This document shows, one piece after another, positions 13,754-27,540 of a stretch of DNA of 64,000 nucleotides. Below the pieces are notes generated by a model. The model searched no databases and was not told the origin of the DNA. It saw nothing but the letters and a program-made list of their open reading frames with translations. Numbering within the stretch: the first letter of the stretch is position 1; each line of letters opens with the position of its first letter. The position numbers were made by a program, and so were the translations under genes. Source of the stretch: Octopus vulgaris (Eukaryota); NCBI GenBank assembly GCA_951406725.2, contig OX597830.1, positions 58,776,001 to 58,840,000 on the forward strand. Reading direction: 5' to 3'.

Positions 13754-13929
13754 CATTTAAAAACACACACAAAAACCGTTAGATTCACTTCAACATTTAA
13801 ATTTAATTTGAGACCGCGACCTGATCACTAATCAGTGAACAGGTCGCGATCTCAAAGCGACAAAAATGTATTGACAAATTAAATTTAAATGTTGAAGTGA
13901 ATCTAACGATTTTTGTGTGTTTTTAAATG
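13754..13929. repeat. Nested fold-back inverted repeat
   Basis: Outer arms of ~57 bp (13754-13810 and 13875-13929) enclose an inner hairpin GAGACCGCGACCTGATCACT-aatc-AGTGAACAGGTCGCGATCTC. Confidence 0.85.
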
Positions 13930-14157
13930 ACCACGATCTCAGGTCAGGTCACTTGCTATGCAAGTAAATTTCCGTAATGTCTACTTAAATTTCCAGACAA
14001 AATATCAAAGTGTGATTCAAATTTTCTAGTATTTGTAATCAAAATTGACAGGATGTGATAGATAACACTAACTGAACGCTTCTAGCTGGAAATGAAAGAA
14101 TGGCGACAATGTTAAGGATCGAACATACAGTAGAGGAAATATGAATTGCTTGATTCG

Positions 14158-14590
14158 TGCAGGTAGGGCTGTTCGGCTAGGAAGTTCAATTTGTATCTAC
14201 GTGCTTTCGGGTTCAGTATAACCACAAGGCACTTCTAATATAGCCTCGGACAGACCAGTCCCTTTGGATTGAATCTAGTAGACGGAAACAGTACGGAAGC
14301 ATACATACATATGCATACATACACATACACACAAATGCGCGTGTGTGTATGTGTATGTGTGTGCGTGTGTGTGTGTCTGTGTTTGTGATTGTCTCCTCAA
14401 AGCCGCTTGACAACCGATGTTGGTATGTTTGCATCCCCATAGCTTACAGTTAAGCAAAAGACACCGACAGAATAAGTATTAGACTTAAAAATAAATAAAT
14501 CCTGGGGTCGATTTGTTTGACTAAAGCCTTCAGACGAAGACCCATAATGGTCGTCATCCAATGACTGAAACAAGGAAAAATCAAAAAGAC
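14158..14590 (+). mobile_element. Degenerate family C SINE with internal microsatellite
   Basis: Homology to 46980-47014/48994-49426, including TAGACGGAAAC, TTGACAACCGATG and the AATGACTGAAACAAG tail. Confidence 0.7.
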
Positions 14591-14994
14591 ATAAATAAGT
14601 TTAAGGCCTTACTTTTTTGCGAGGAGGAAATACATTAAAATCACAAAAATATGAAAAGGTTTCGAAATTACAAAAAAACAAAACAAGAGAAGACGTGAAG
14701 CTGTCTTTCAACTCACAGAAATGGTGTTCAGTTTAAAGTAGAGATAAAAAGCAGAAGAGCGAATGCATTGAGACATATTTACAAATCACTATTGAAATCA
14801 AGAAGAATGAGTAAAATGTAAGTCTGTAATGGCGATTGTGGCTTGGTGTCATTATGATTTCATGACATTGTGACTTTTGAGCTTAAAAATATTTCTAGAA
14901 TGTGTTTTTTCTATTAGCCTTAAGGATTGTTTTACTTGTACTTACACCCATGTAGCGTATCAATATTTTGTCTCAAGAACTTTTTGGTATGCTT

Positions 14995-15030
<36 letters not shown>

Positions 15031-18000
15031 GCGCTTTATAGATATAAATGTTATCATTGCTTTTTTTGTAAGGACGAAAAAATGCATCAGATAGCTTCTC
15101 TTGCAACGTATTTCTTCTTCCGTGATTATTAGCAAATAAATTTCAACTGCATCATTTCATCTTTCTATATTATTAGAGAGGCTGTTTTGACATTTCATGT
15201 CATATTCGCAGCAACAAGTTCCAGAAAATGTGTAACTAAATTACCCACAGCTGACAGCAAAGATATTCCACGGCAGTTATCACGAAATACCTTACAACTG
15301 TTCTTGAAAGGAGATATCAAAATGACATCTCTCCAGTTTTACTGCGATTCTCCATTTCGACCACACATATTGGAATATAATATTTTTCCCGTTACATTTC
15401 TTTATTGTTTTAGAAAAAATGCCACATTTTTTTCCCGGTGCTTTAACCGCTCTCGATCAGTCTCACATACAATTTCTGTTTCATTGTGATCAAACTCATT
15501 AATATTAGTTTCAAATTTTACCACAAGGGCAGCCATTATGGAGGAGGAAATGAGTCGATTGCTTCGACCTTAGTGTTTCACTGGTTTTAAATTTATCGAC
15601 CCCCAAAGGATGAAAGGCAAAGTTGACATCGGCGAAATTTGAACTCAGAACGTAGCGTCAGACGACGCTAAGCAGTTTGCTCGGCATGCAAACGAATCTG
15701 CCAGCACGTCGTCTTATCAAGCGCATTAACAATGGCAGCTGATTCCATTTCATCTGCCGCATCTCAGCTAATGTCCAAAACACGTTTCAGTGAGTCACTT
15801 ATAATGTTCTTACCACTGTTTCTTAATCTCGCGTAGTTTTTAAAGCAGTGCAGGTGTATCCTTTGACTGCAACGGAACAGACGAAGACCATGTCGAGCCA
15901 CATATAAGAATTTTGAGTTCTTATCTTGCCTGAGGATGTTTAAACCTGATGGGCTTTTATTTTATTCCACCCGTCACTTTTGCTGTCCTTATAATTTCTC
16001 TAAATCTTGGTCTTACAATTTGAAAATTCTTTTCTAGCTGTTTTCTTTACTCTTCTAGAAGTCCATAGATTAAGCATTTGTCTAAAGATAGCGTTCTTCT
16101 TGTTTAACAGGCTTGCAAAAAGAAGCAGATAGTTTTTTGTGAACTAACATTGTTCCGATGTGGTAGAAGCAGTTTGGATAAGTTTTGAGATGAAATGCGA
16201 ACATTGATCTTTTGAGTACGATCAGTAGCCTGAATTTCTTCATGCTGCCATTCGAGCTTTTCTAAGCTGGAACCAATTAATTTATTCTGGGACTTATGCA
16301 ATCTCGTGCTGAATTTTTCGACGAATACATACAAAAACAAAAACAAACCCTAATCAGTGACCATCCGTCAAACACTCAGACACCCTTATGTCTTTAGCAG
16401 AACTTTGTGAACATCTTTACGTCTGACAATGACGCGGACGAGAATATACCAATGACCGGAGGAACACGAACGCTTTGAATTAGTCTTATATCTGTCTTTC
16501 TGTCTAAACCAAGTATTAACTCTCAGTAGATCAAATTCTTGGTGCTAGTGTAGAAGAAGAAAACCTTACAGGTTATTACAATATTTAATTCCATGACAAG
16601 TTCATACTGAAGAAACAGCAATGCCGACACCAGCTTCTCCACATTACTAGTAAGTTCTTTTTTTTTAAAGATGGTGTAACTGGAAACGACTTGATGGTTT
16701 TGTGCCAAAATTTGGAATCAATAATACTTTTATTTCCCCTGTAAAAACAGGACAACTGCTAGCTTCGGGTTGCTGGCCAATTTCAAATTGGGTATGTTTT
16801 CTACATGCTCTCTAACTGGCAATTGAACAGTGTTATCTCTGAAAATGACTGTTCAGTCACGTGAAGAGCTGCTGAATCTCCCTGCTTTGATAGTTTGAAA
16901 AAAAGTGACCAACCCCCTCAAGCCGCCTACCTGAAGGTTTTCCAACTTATCAAGTTTATATTTCACTCCTCGCCGACGCCGCTAGATATTATCACGTTGT
17001 CCTTTGTGGCTTACATACATACATACATACATACATACACATGCACACACATACATAAATACATAGATACATTCATACATACATACATACATACATACAT
17101 ACATACATACATACATACATACACGCACACACACACACACACATACATTCATACATACATTCATACCACCAAACCATGTTTTCATAAAAAATGTCGGCTC
17201 TGCTATAACAGCTGCTCCAAAATGCCTACGAGATTCTATCCGCCCCTAAGGCATGGTATAGGTGCAAATACTATTTACAGTGCTACCCGTAGGAAGGATT
17301 GCTCGGCCGTATACATCAAAGCCATCTTAGAACCAGTAGGTTTTGGGGGCAGTAGAACACCCCACTCCCCCTCAAAAAACCATCAATTCAGTGCAAACAT
17401 GACAAACCTAATATTGTTCTGTGGGACACGGAACAAAAGTCATGCTGCTGTAGAGGTCAGCTGCCCAGCGGGTGTGAACGTTTATGACGAATTAGTGCGG
17501 GGGATTTGCTGTTCTTCTAAACCTGACAATGGATTCTCGTTTGTACTTATCATTATAGCTGCATTAGGTTATGTACCGATAGATTTTCACAAAAAACATA
17601 GACACACTCGGTTTCCCGTAGAAAGAGCAAAAGAAACTGACGTAGATTCCCCGAATCCAACCTGTTAGTGGCACAGTGAAGGTTTGTAAGACATTCCAAA
17701 ACTTTTCCATCTGAGATTCTTATGTGAATAGATGCACACCCTTGTGTGCATGCATCGACAGTTCAACCAATACACCATCTCAACCACATACTTACAAACA
17801 ATGGGAAATCTCTTAATCCAAAACGTTTTGTTGCATTATTCGCATCCAGCTTGAAATCTCTCAAGAAGAACTTAAATGAAACTCAAAGAAAAATCATACA
17901 TGCATGCATGTAGAGGCGCAGGCCTCTGGCTGCGAACTATTATAAAGCACAGAAATTGTAAAAGCGATGATAGGCATGTAGCAAAGTATGTCACTGTGAT

Positions 18001-19058
18001 TCTTGTGAATCGGGATTACTGTCAGCTAGTAATATATCAGTTGCTGTGAAAGGAATTGAGCCCTGACAAGTCTTTTTCATTGACAGTGGAACAGTAAGGT
18101 AATGATGGAAGTTGAGAAATAGGGTCACACTTAGTTGTCTAGAACAACGAAAAATATATATTAAAAAAAAATCAAATATAACATCAAATGAAAACAAATA
18201 CCAGAATGCAATGCTTGAAGGGCTTTGTGCAGTTTGGGGTCTACACATTTTCGTGTCCGCCGATCACTTCGATGTATCGCGCGTACACGATTTACTGCTA
18301 TCACAGAATAATACATGTTAGCTTTGGTACCAAACCAATAGCCTCAAAGACGGAACCCATTACTGAATTTATGAACTCGACAATTCAATATGGTACACCC
18401 TAGAAATGATTATAATACAATACAATATCTTAATACTAAGTATCGGATACGGAATTCGTGCTGCATAAACTCATGGAACACACATGAGCACCAAATGCAA
18501 AATGTTTAGAAATCAGATTACAATGTTTGGAGAACAGAATGTAAAAAACTTTAGCATAAACAGCTTCGGTTTTTCGATTCACACAATTTCAAGGCGCACA
18601 ATATGAATCACAAGTTTAAATACATCCATTAATGTAATAATCACGTTGCTAATGAGTCTATCAGCCGCACATCTGCCGAGAATGAGTACTTAGGTGCATA
18701 TTATTGGCAAGACTACCATTTCAAGGTAGAGAAAGCAATCCAAGAACAATATCATTCCGCTGTTGCGTTTTTGTGTAGATTAATGGTTCAGTGACTCGAA
18801 ATAGCGACGTCGATTGACATTATGGTTCATGAAAGTCTTCAGGTATCGTAGGGACTCTGTTTAATTGAAAGGTCCCTAACCAGGTTAGTTGTTAGGTGAG
18901 CAGGGAGTTGTTGAAGCATGCTGAAATCTGGAGGTAGGAATATATAATTTCGAGCCCTGGCTGCATCTGGTTAGGAAACAGAGGACTGAGTTATGGGGGA
19001 AGCCTTGTGGTTCACGCTTTTATGACATTGGGGCTCTATTCATGGAGCTGTAGACAAA

Positions 19059-19123
<65 letters not shown>

Positions 19124-19547
19124 GGGAAGGAAAGGGGAAAATATGGGCTTGTGTGTTTGTGTTTGTGTCTGTAGGTGTGTATATTCGTGTGTATGTATAC
19201 ATACACAAACACAAACACATGACGTTTATTTTGCCACACATTGCAATCGTGTCTCAATTTGTTGAGTATTGTAAAGCGAATAATAGAATTCAAAGCACCT
19301 TTGTCAGAAGGGTGAATCGAAACGCAGAAATTAAGTAACGATTAACCTTATTTAGTACTTAAAAACAGAGATGCTGTCACTTTCGAAACATATAATGAAG
19401 ATGCAAAATTTAGTCGAAAGCTATGACCGTTGTTGCCCGTAATTAATCAGGAAAATTGATTAGAAAAAAACTAAAGAAATCAAATGAGCTATAGATAGGT
19501 AGGTGCTCGAAAGAGAGAAAGCTATTAACGTCAAATTAGTCTTTATA

Positions 19548-19914
19548 GAAGGCGGCGAGCTGGCAGAAACGTTAGCACTCCGGGCGAAATGCTTAGCAGT
19601 ATTTCGTCTGCCGCTACGTTCTGAGTTCAAATTCCGCCGAGGTCGACTTTGCCTTTCATCCTTTCGGAGTCGACTAAATAAGTACCAGTTACGCACAGGG
19701 GTCGATATAATCGACTTAATCCGTTTGTCTGTCCTTGTTTGTCTCCTCTGTGTTTAGACCCTTGTGGGTAGTAAAGAAATAGGTATTTCGTCTGTCTTTA
19801 CGTTCTGAGTTCAAATTCCGCCGCGGTCGACATGGCCTTTCATCCTTTCGGGGTCGATCTAATCGACTGGCCTCTCCCCTAAAATTTCGGGCCTTGTGCC
19901 TAGAGTAGAAAAGA
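19548..19914 (+). mobile_element. Family A SINE, dimeric form
   Basis: Near-identical to 11049-11446. Confidence 0.85.
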
Positions 19915-20417
19915 AATTGGTCTTTATGGATATGTGTAGGAGTATGAAGGAGAAGAGAGACAGGAAGAAGGAAAATAAATAGAAGACAGAAAAGCTATGG
20001 ATGACTTAAATATAGACAAAAGTGGAGGCGCGTGGCTTCGGTTCCCAGACCGACTGTACATTGTGTCCTTGAGCAAAACACTTCATTCCCCGTTACTTCA
20101 CTCCACCCAGCTGTGAATGGATAACCCTGCGACGGATTGGCGTACGAGGGTGAAATGGCGACTCAGGAAATTCCCTCGAACGGAGGTCACGCGAGTCACA
20201 TTTTGCATTCAGCGAGCGAAAGGATGAATAATACAACGATGTTATTATTATTATAATTATTCAGATTACTGTATGGAATGGAACTCGGAATGTTGGAGGT
20301 AGTAGTCCGCGTTCTTAACCACTACGCCATATACAATTATGCAATTATTGATTGAATTTTAGGGCTTATAAATCTAATATCTTCCTATACGGGCATATAG
20401 GAAAATATATTCAGTGA

Positions 20418-20485
<68 letters not shown>

Positions 20486-20532
20486 TCGAAAAATACCTTA
20501 GGAATGAGAACCCAGGTTTGAAATTTCCCCAA

Positions 20533-20578
20533 GACACCTGATGAAGGCTGGAGGATATATCAGCCGAAACGTTGTGTT
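20533..20578 (+). ncRNA. Minimal type-I hammerhead ribozyme, canonical core
   Basis: GACAC-CUGAUGA-A-GGCUG(gaggauauau)CAGCC-GAAA-CG-UU|GUGUU. Stem I and stem II are each 5 bp. Confidence 0.8.
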
Positions 20579-21824
20579 AACAACAAACAAGATGAGGACA
20601 AATATCCATCAAATGTAAATAATGTACATAATTCCTCATCTCTTAAATAGAGAACTGTATTATTGATTAATATTGTTCAAGGCATTTAACGGTACAAGAG
20701 CGTATTCACAAGTTGATGTTCGGCTCTTATATTCAATTTCGGGGATAAAATAAACAGTTTCTCAGGCAACTCGGATTTTATAGAAAACGTCCATGTTAAT
20801 ATATCGCAAAGTCAAGAATTTAAACCTATGTGGGCTTTCCTCTCACAGAAGTTAAATATATCTACAAATGGCAGTTATAGTTCGATGCAAAATATAATTA
20901 ATTGCATCAGAAAAGCATTTAACGCTGTAATTTCTTATGGAACCTGCAAAGATTTTATATCCGGCATCCTTAATCAATCATAACCTTAAACGTTTGCTAA
21001 ATTTTTTATGATATTTATTAATCGGTTGAACGTGTACTGATACACTGTAACTACTCTTTTTACACAGAAATTACACACAAAAATGTTACGTAATTTTCAT
21101 TTTCAGTTTCATTAGATGCAAGCTGATATTTATTATCCTTTGAAAATCCACTTCTCTGAAAATATAAGTTTTAATAATTGAAAAGCACAATTAAACTTGA
21201 TACTTTTGAAGATTATGACGATACACGCAAAATAAAGTTGGAAACTTCTTTTGCTCCGAGAATTATGTGTATACGGGATTTTGGTGTGTTTATCCACATT
21301 AGTGATGTTATAGGATAACAGCTCGCTATATGTGACTTGTATTTGATCAGATTCGAGTAAATTTGCAAAGTTCTTTCCAACCGAACTTCGAATGCAATTA
21401 AAATCTTTCCAGAATTCAACATTTTTTGCAGAGTTAAACAAATTCGTGTCAAATGGATCTGTGTCTTACTTAAGTAATGGATGTTTCGTGTTCTAAATGA
21501 GATTTATTATTTTCTTGTTTATCAGACACTTAATTATCGTAGAAATAATTGCACCGTCTCAATGTTCTTGTACAGTCTTGGGTTTCCTTCAGCAGATATT
21601 TCAAATATTTTCTAGAAAGAATTCAGATGTTCTTGGTTGAAACATCTAACAGGTGCTGTTTCATAGCCAGCCAGTTTTAATCCGTCTGTTTATAGTGCTG
21701 TATAAAGTGGACAATTACACACGAACACACACACACACAGATATATGTACATATATAAATATATATATACATATGTGTACGTGTGTGTGTGTGTGTGTGT
21801 GTGCTTGAATGTTGTGATTCGTGT

Positions 21825-21909
21825 ATTCACCTGATGAAAACGGCTTTTTGTAATGATGCAATGTTTCTATTAATCAATTAAGAAATCGTTGGAAACAGCT
21901 GTAGTGGAT
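21825..21909 (+). ncRNA. Type-I hammerhead ribozyme with extended stem II
   Basis: AUUCAC-CUGAUGA-A-AACGGCUUUUUG...UAAGAAAUCGUU-G-GAAA-CAGCUG-UA|GUGGAU, with a palindromic stem III (ACAGCUGU) and a GUA triplet. Confidence 0.75.
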
Positions 21910-22173
21910 TGACACATCCATCTGTTGTTATTTATTCATTTGTTATTCACTTCTCTCGGAACCTGCTCCTTGAGTAGATCCGAAGTATATTATGGACCGT
22001 ACATTTAGCATCAGGGCTATTGATACACTCAATCGGGTACAGTTAATCGTATACATGACCTGAATATTTTTCTGCTTATACTTTGGTCCCCACGTATGTA
22101 TTCTTCCGTTTCTGTTGTGTACATATTTTACTTTTCGACCCGACCCGTTGCCTTAACATTTAAGTACCTGATC

Positions 22174-22750
22174 ACTAGCTGAATAGCCCGACATTGCCTG
22201 GCAATTTTTGCAATAGAATATCTTATATATATTTTTGTTTATTCCATGTCAGACCATGCCTTCCTCGATAGATAAGCCTCTTCATCAGGACAGATTTGTG
22301 TAATTTTTCGTAAAAATCTTCGTTGATTTTTTTTCCCTTTTTAAATTATTTTCATGTCTGTTCGACCGTTTCATATGACTTTAATCATTAAAACTTATTA
22401 AAATTTCAGAAGTTCTTAGAACTTTGGTCGTCGTAATGCTTTGCTTTCGTTTGTTTAATAAAAAATTCTTCCTCCTAATGATTTTGCTTTCATTTTGTGA
22501 TAGACTGCTATGATGCAAAAAACGCCAGCTTCCAAATCCTGTTAATCTGATTAGGTAAAACTGATTAAAATTTAACGTCAGTTACATTTTTCTGCAATTT
22601 TTCTGGAACGGATAAATAATAAAATCGGATTTAGCGTGAGAAATTATTTCAAAATACCAAATTTGAAAATTTTAACCGAATTTTAAAATCTCACAGTAGG
22701 TATTAGCAACAGAGAACATCCCACAAAAGTAGAGAGACAGACAGTTATAG
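22174..22750 (-). mobile_element. Probable non-autonomous Helitron-type element
   Basis: The minus strand ends ...CCAGGCAATGTCGGGCTATTCAGCTAG-T (GC-rich subterminal segment plus CTAG). The 5' boundary is uncertain. Confidence 0.45.
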
Positions 22751-22840
22751 GATGTCTCACACACACACACACAACAGGTAATCACGTGTTTAAAATGGTG
22801 TATAGTAGACACGTGTATGTACGTATTATGTAAGTATGTA

Positions 22841-23222
22841 TCTCTCTATATATAAACGGCAGTTTGTCTGTGCGTGTTTCTGTGTGTGTTTGCTTGTACC
22901 CTCACCCTGACCACGGCTTTCAACCGATTCTGATGAAACTTGACACACACATAGCCCAATGTCATAATTCAAAACTAACGCAGCGAAAATTTTTAAAAGT
23001 TCCCCCAGTTCTGAAAAAAATTGATAAATTCGACATGGGGTCGAGAATCAGAAACACAAACCGCAAACTGTCTAGGGGACGCAACTCCACCTTTTTTTAA
23101 CTAAAAAAAAAATTTACCATCATTTTTTTCCATTTTTTTGCTATATTTTGGCTATAACTCTCTAAAAATGCTTTATAGTTATTTCCCTTACAAACCTGAG
23201 CAACGCCGGGCGATACTGCTAG
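22841..23222 (+). mobile_element. Non-autonomous Helitron
   Basis: 5' TC(TCTCTATATATAAA) and 3' GAGCAACGCCGGGCGATACTGCTAG. Inserted between A (22840) and T (23223) without a TSD. Confidence 0.75.
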
Positions 23223-23330
23223 TATATGTATAGAAATATACATATATATATATGTATGTATATAAGTATGTATGTATGTATGTATGTATGTATGTATATA
23301 TGTATGTATGTATGTATATAAGTATGTATG

Positions 23331-23364
<34 letters not shown>

Positions 23365-24439
23365 TGTATGTATATGTGTGTGTGCCTGTGTGTGAGTGTT
23401 TCTTTTGTGATGGACAGCAGAAAAGCCACCTGCCCCCTCTCTCCTGAAAGCTATATACTCTGCATACCCACCTTTCTTTCTCTTTCTCGACGTTTCAAAA
23501 CTTACTTATGTGTATGTACTTGTGTGCGTGCAGTATGTGTGTGTATGCATGTACCTATGTATTTACGAAAGTATATATGCAGCGTCACGTGTATATCCCT
23601 AAATGACAGCTGTATTAACGTAACAGTCCCACTGCAACTCCATATTTGTCATTGACACAACGTTGTTCTTCCCTTCCCTGATATCAGACATATTTCCCTC
23701 ACACTAACATTATAGTATCCTTATTTTATCAAATAATAGCCCAACCCACTGTTATAGACTTTTATTGAAATCTAATTAGCCTATGATTGAACTGGATGTT
23801 AGTTTAACATGAATGCAAAGTTTCGTCAAGATTGGTTCACTGGTGTAAGCAGCAAAATGGTAACAAACAGATACAGACAGAAACTGCCATTGATTTATGT
23901 TATATATATACACACAAATACAAATACGTATTTATATTTTTTATTCTCTTCACTCTCGTTTTACTTACTGAATGCCATCATGATGAGGCGCTGTCTTCAA
24001 GTGTTTTAGTCGTACAAATCAATCAAGTATTTTTTTAGTCTTCTGCATATTTCATTGGTGTCTAATACCGGACCGCTTGGGTTATGAGGACGTAAAGAAA
24101 CCAAAACTGATTCTTGGGAAGTAGGCGTGGAGAGGACATAAGGACACACAGGTATGCACATGCGCATACAAACGCACACACACACACACACACAAAACAC
24201 ACATATATAAGATGTGTGTGTGTGTGAGTGTGTGAAGGTGAAATCCAAGGATCCTGATGTAGGAAGTTAGTAAGCTTCGAGCAGTCTGTAGAAGGTATGA
24301 AAAACAATTTTCAGGAACGATGGTGGTTTATTGACGTAGAAAGTTGTAAAGTTTTCCCATTACGAAGTGCGCAAAACTGAAAAAAGTTATTTTATAGTTC
24401 ACGGTTAGCAACTGGGGTTGCTGTGTATGCGAATAAGAA

Positions 24440-24610
24440 TCCAAATTTAGGGAATGGAATAGGTAAAAATCCAGACTACATATGTTTGCTAGCGAGCAGA
24501 ACCTCGGAAGTAGGAATTACTCAACAAGGAATAAGTCCTACTTTCCGAGGTTCTGCTCGCTAGCAAACATGTCACCTGGATTTTTACCTACTTCATTCCC
24601 TAAACTTGGA
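24440..24610. repeat. Fold-back inverted repeat with ~80-bp arms
   Basis: TCCAAATTTAGGGAATG...ATGTTTGCTAGCGAGCAGAACCTCGGAAGTAGGA versus TCCTACTTTCCGAGGTTCTGCTCGCTAGCAAACAT...CATTCCCTAAACTTGGA. Confidence 0.9.
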
Positions 24611-24709
24611 CACATAATATATATATATATTTAATAGAACTGAAGGATAAAATCACGTTAATGATTATAACAAGTAGTCAGAGCATGCAATAAAAACCTA
24701 TAATTATAC

Positions 24710-24797
<88 letters not shown>

Positions 24798-25349
24798 CGT
24801 TTATATATTTGTTTTGCAAGATTCTTGATGTGAAATCGTGTGTTGGAACAGATGTTGTTGTATTTAGGAATGGTCATTTTGCCAGTTTAGCCAATAAAAA
24901 CACACGCACTATATATTTGGTGTTAATTTGCTTCAGCTTTATTTATTTTACATACGTTGTAGTCGGGCAAGTGAAAAAATACTAAAAAAGATTTCACGTT
25001 AATTGTGAATTGGGTCCAATTTCTGGATTAAAGTCATAAAAAAGACTTTTTCCTTCAACACAATACATGAGAATATACATACGAATAATTATACACACCC
25101 GTACAAAGCGTATTCGCACGTCCACATACAAATATTTGCACGCAAAGACCAAAATAAGTAAGATTTAAACTTTTTCACGATAACCACGTGAATATTATCA
25201 AAATAGCTCGGCAGGAAACGCGCTTTTGATCAGGAGTAAAGATAGTATATTATTTATTCTTAATTGAAGGATAAAATCGCGTTAATGATCATATCAGGTA
25301 GTCAGAGCATGCGATAAAAACTTATAGGGTAATCTATATATTAAATCAA

Positions 25350-25661
<312 letters not shown>

Positions 25662-25954
25662 ACATATATATATAGCACTATTTACGAAATCACAAGTACT
25701 ATTTTTTTTCTAGACCCATTGGCGAATCCAGTTATACTAAACTACTAATTTTATTTTCTTATTATTGATACACCCTGGTACCCCTAAAGAACGATTAACC
25801 CACCAATTATTTTTCTAGTTTATTCATTTGCTCATCGACTTCTAGCTTAACACTGCAAAATGATATGATTCTAATTTATTAAGCTTTCTTTCCTCATTTC
25901 GAGGGCCTGTTCTTTTCTCTTCTCTCTTCTGTTCTTTTATTTTATGCATTTATA

Positions 25955-26075
25955 TTCACTCTGATGAAGTTCCATGTACCAGATCGAATGTGCTCTAAAA
26001 GATGACGAATATTATTCCCATAATTTTCTTTGGCAGCACCGACTGACTTTGGGAGCAGAAACGGCTGTAAGCAAT
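25955..26075 (+). ncRNA. Degenerate hammerhead-like motif with a long stem II insertion
   Basis: CUGAUGA-A-GUUCC...GGAGC-A-GAAA-CGGCUG-UA. Stem I is largely lost. Confidence 0.45.
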
Positions 26076-26149
26076 GTCATTAATGAAATAACCGATGGTA
26101 GTCAATTTGTTTGTTGATTAAAAGTTTTCTCCATTTTCTACTTATTTTA

Positions 26150-26185
<36 letters not shown>

Positions 26186-26190
26186 GCGCG

Positions 26191-26239
<49 letters not shown>

Positions 26240-27395
26240 GCGCACACACACATACACACACACACTCACACACACTGTATATTTATAACCAAGTTCACAC
26301 ACAAGGTACTGGTCGGTTTGGTGCCGTATAGTGGAACTGATCCCGAAACGACGTGTAAGTAGAAAGGCAGATATGCGCAGATAGGCTTGAATACAAAACT
26401 AAAAAATACAAAATAAACGTAAGGTGATAGGTTTTTCTTGACAGCTGTTTCGAGTGAACTATCTTATGCCATTAGCACGATCATCATATACTAGCTCATT
26501 TTGTTTAGTTTGTATTCTTGATTTTTGTATTTTTGTATTCCATCTTAATACACTTATCGAACCTATTTGTGTTTATCAGCCTTTTTACTTTCTTACCCGC
26601 CCGACGAGGAACGTTCATATAACCGACCGATTTTCTAAACTGGAGCCACCTGCTCCGCATGAAGGAGTTGAAGTTTAAATTCTCATTTATCTGAGCCTTA
26701 CTCCATTACTCCGTGAATATCTATAGCAGACTTGCTTTTACGTTCTCCAACTCACTATTGGAGAGAAAAAGACAGAGAGAGAGAGAGAGAGTGACATACA
26801 AGCACATACACACATGCATACATAAATATTTGCATACGTAAATATACATACATACATAACATGCATACATACATATACACATACATAAACTTTCCAGATG
26901 TTTATCATTTAAATATATATAAGCATGTCTAGATATGCAACTCTATGCATGAGAATACATACATAACGCAAAACATACAAATCTACACATATACATACAT
27001 ACCTATATCCATACATACATACATATACACATACATACAAACAAAAATACCCTGTTGTTGATGCTGAAACTCCAATGAAGGAGCCTTGAATCTAGGTTAG
27101 AAACCGGTTCTTTCTCTATTGATAAGAAATCTTGAAATAAAACTGAACAATGGCATACATGCATTCGTCAAAATATTTATTGGCTTGAAACATTAGCGAA
27201 CAGATATGTTCGTGGGAAAATATATTCAAAGCAAAACAAATTGACCGAAAACAAATAAATCCTATTTTTAAAACACTTGGACTTGTTACACGCTTATGTG
27301 GAACATATACCCTGTTTTGTTGGAGACGGAATTCTCAAGTTATGTTTTTTTCCTGGCCAAGTTGAATATCTTATTCTTATTCTTATTATCATCAA

Positions 27396-27428
<33 letters not shown>

Positions 27429-27460
27429 TACCGTCATTGTTATTATTGTTTTTGTTGTTG

Positions 27461-27540
<80 letters not shown>

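Noticed and set aside
15730-19000. Possible ancient LINE remnant (RLE-type) and the 257-aa ORF at 16895-17668
   Set aside because: Only vague motif traces are present, and the ORF is inflated by an internal (CATA)n tract.
21133-21441. Minus-strand 102-aa ORF containing an RSKR furin-like site, as a possible upstream exon
   Set aside because: No recognisable homology and only a weak donor (GTTTCC). It cannot be supported without RNA data.
26365-26590. GAAACAGCUGUC half-motif on the minus strand within a degenerate inverted repeat; similar fragments near 50727 and 51481
   Set aside because: The core and stems are too decayed to call as ribozymes.
27061-27115. Hammerhead-like AGCCU..AGGUU-AGAAACCGGUUC in a repeat also present inverted at ~54055-54310
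   Set aside because: The CUGANGA core is absent in both copies (CCAAUGA, CCAAUAA). Kept only as a possible decayed relative.
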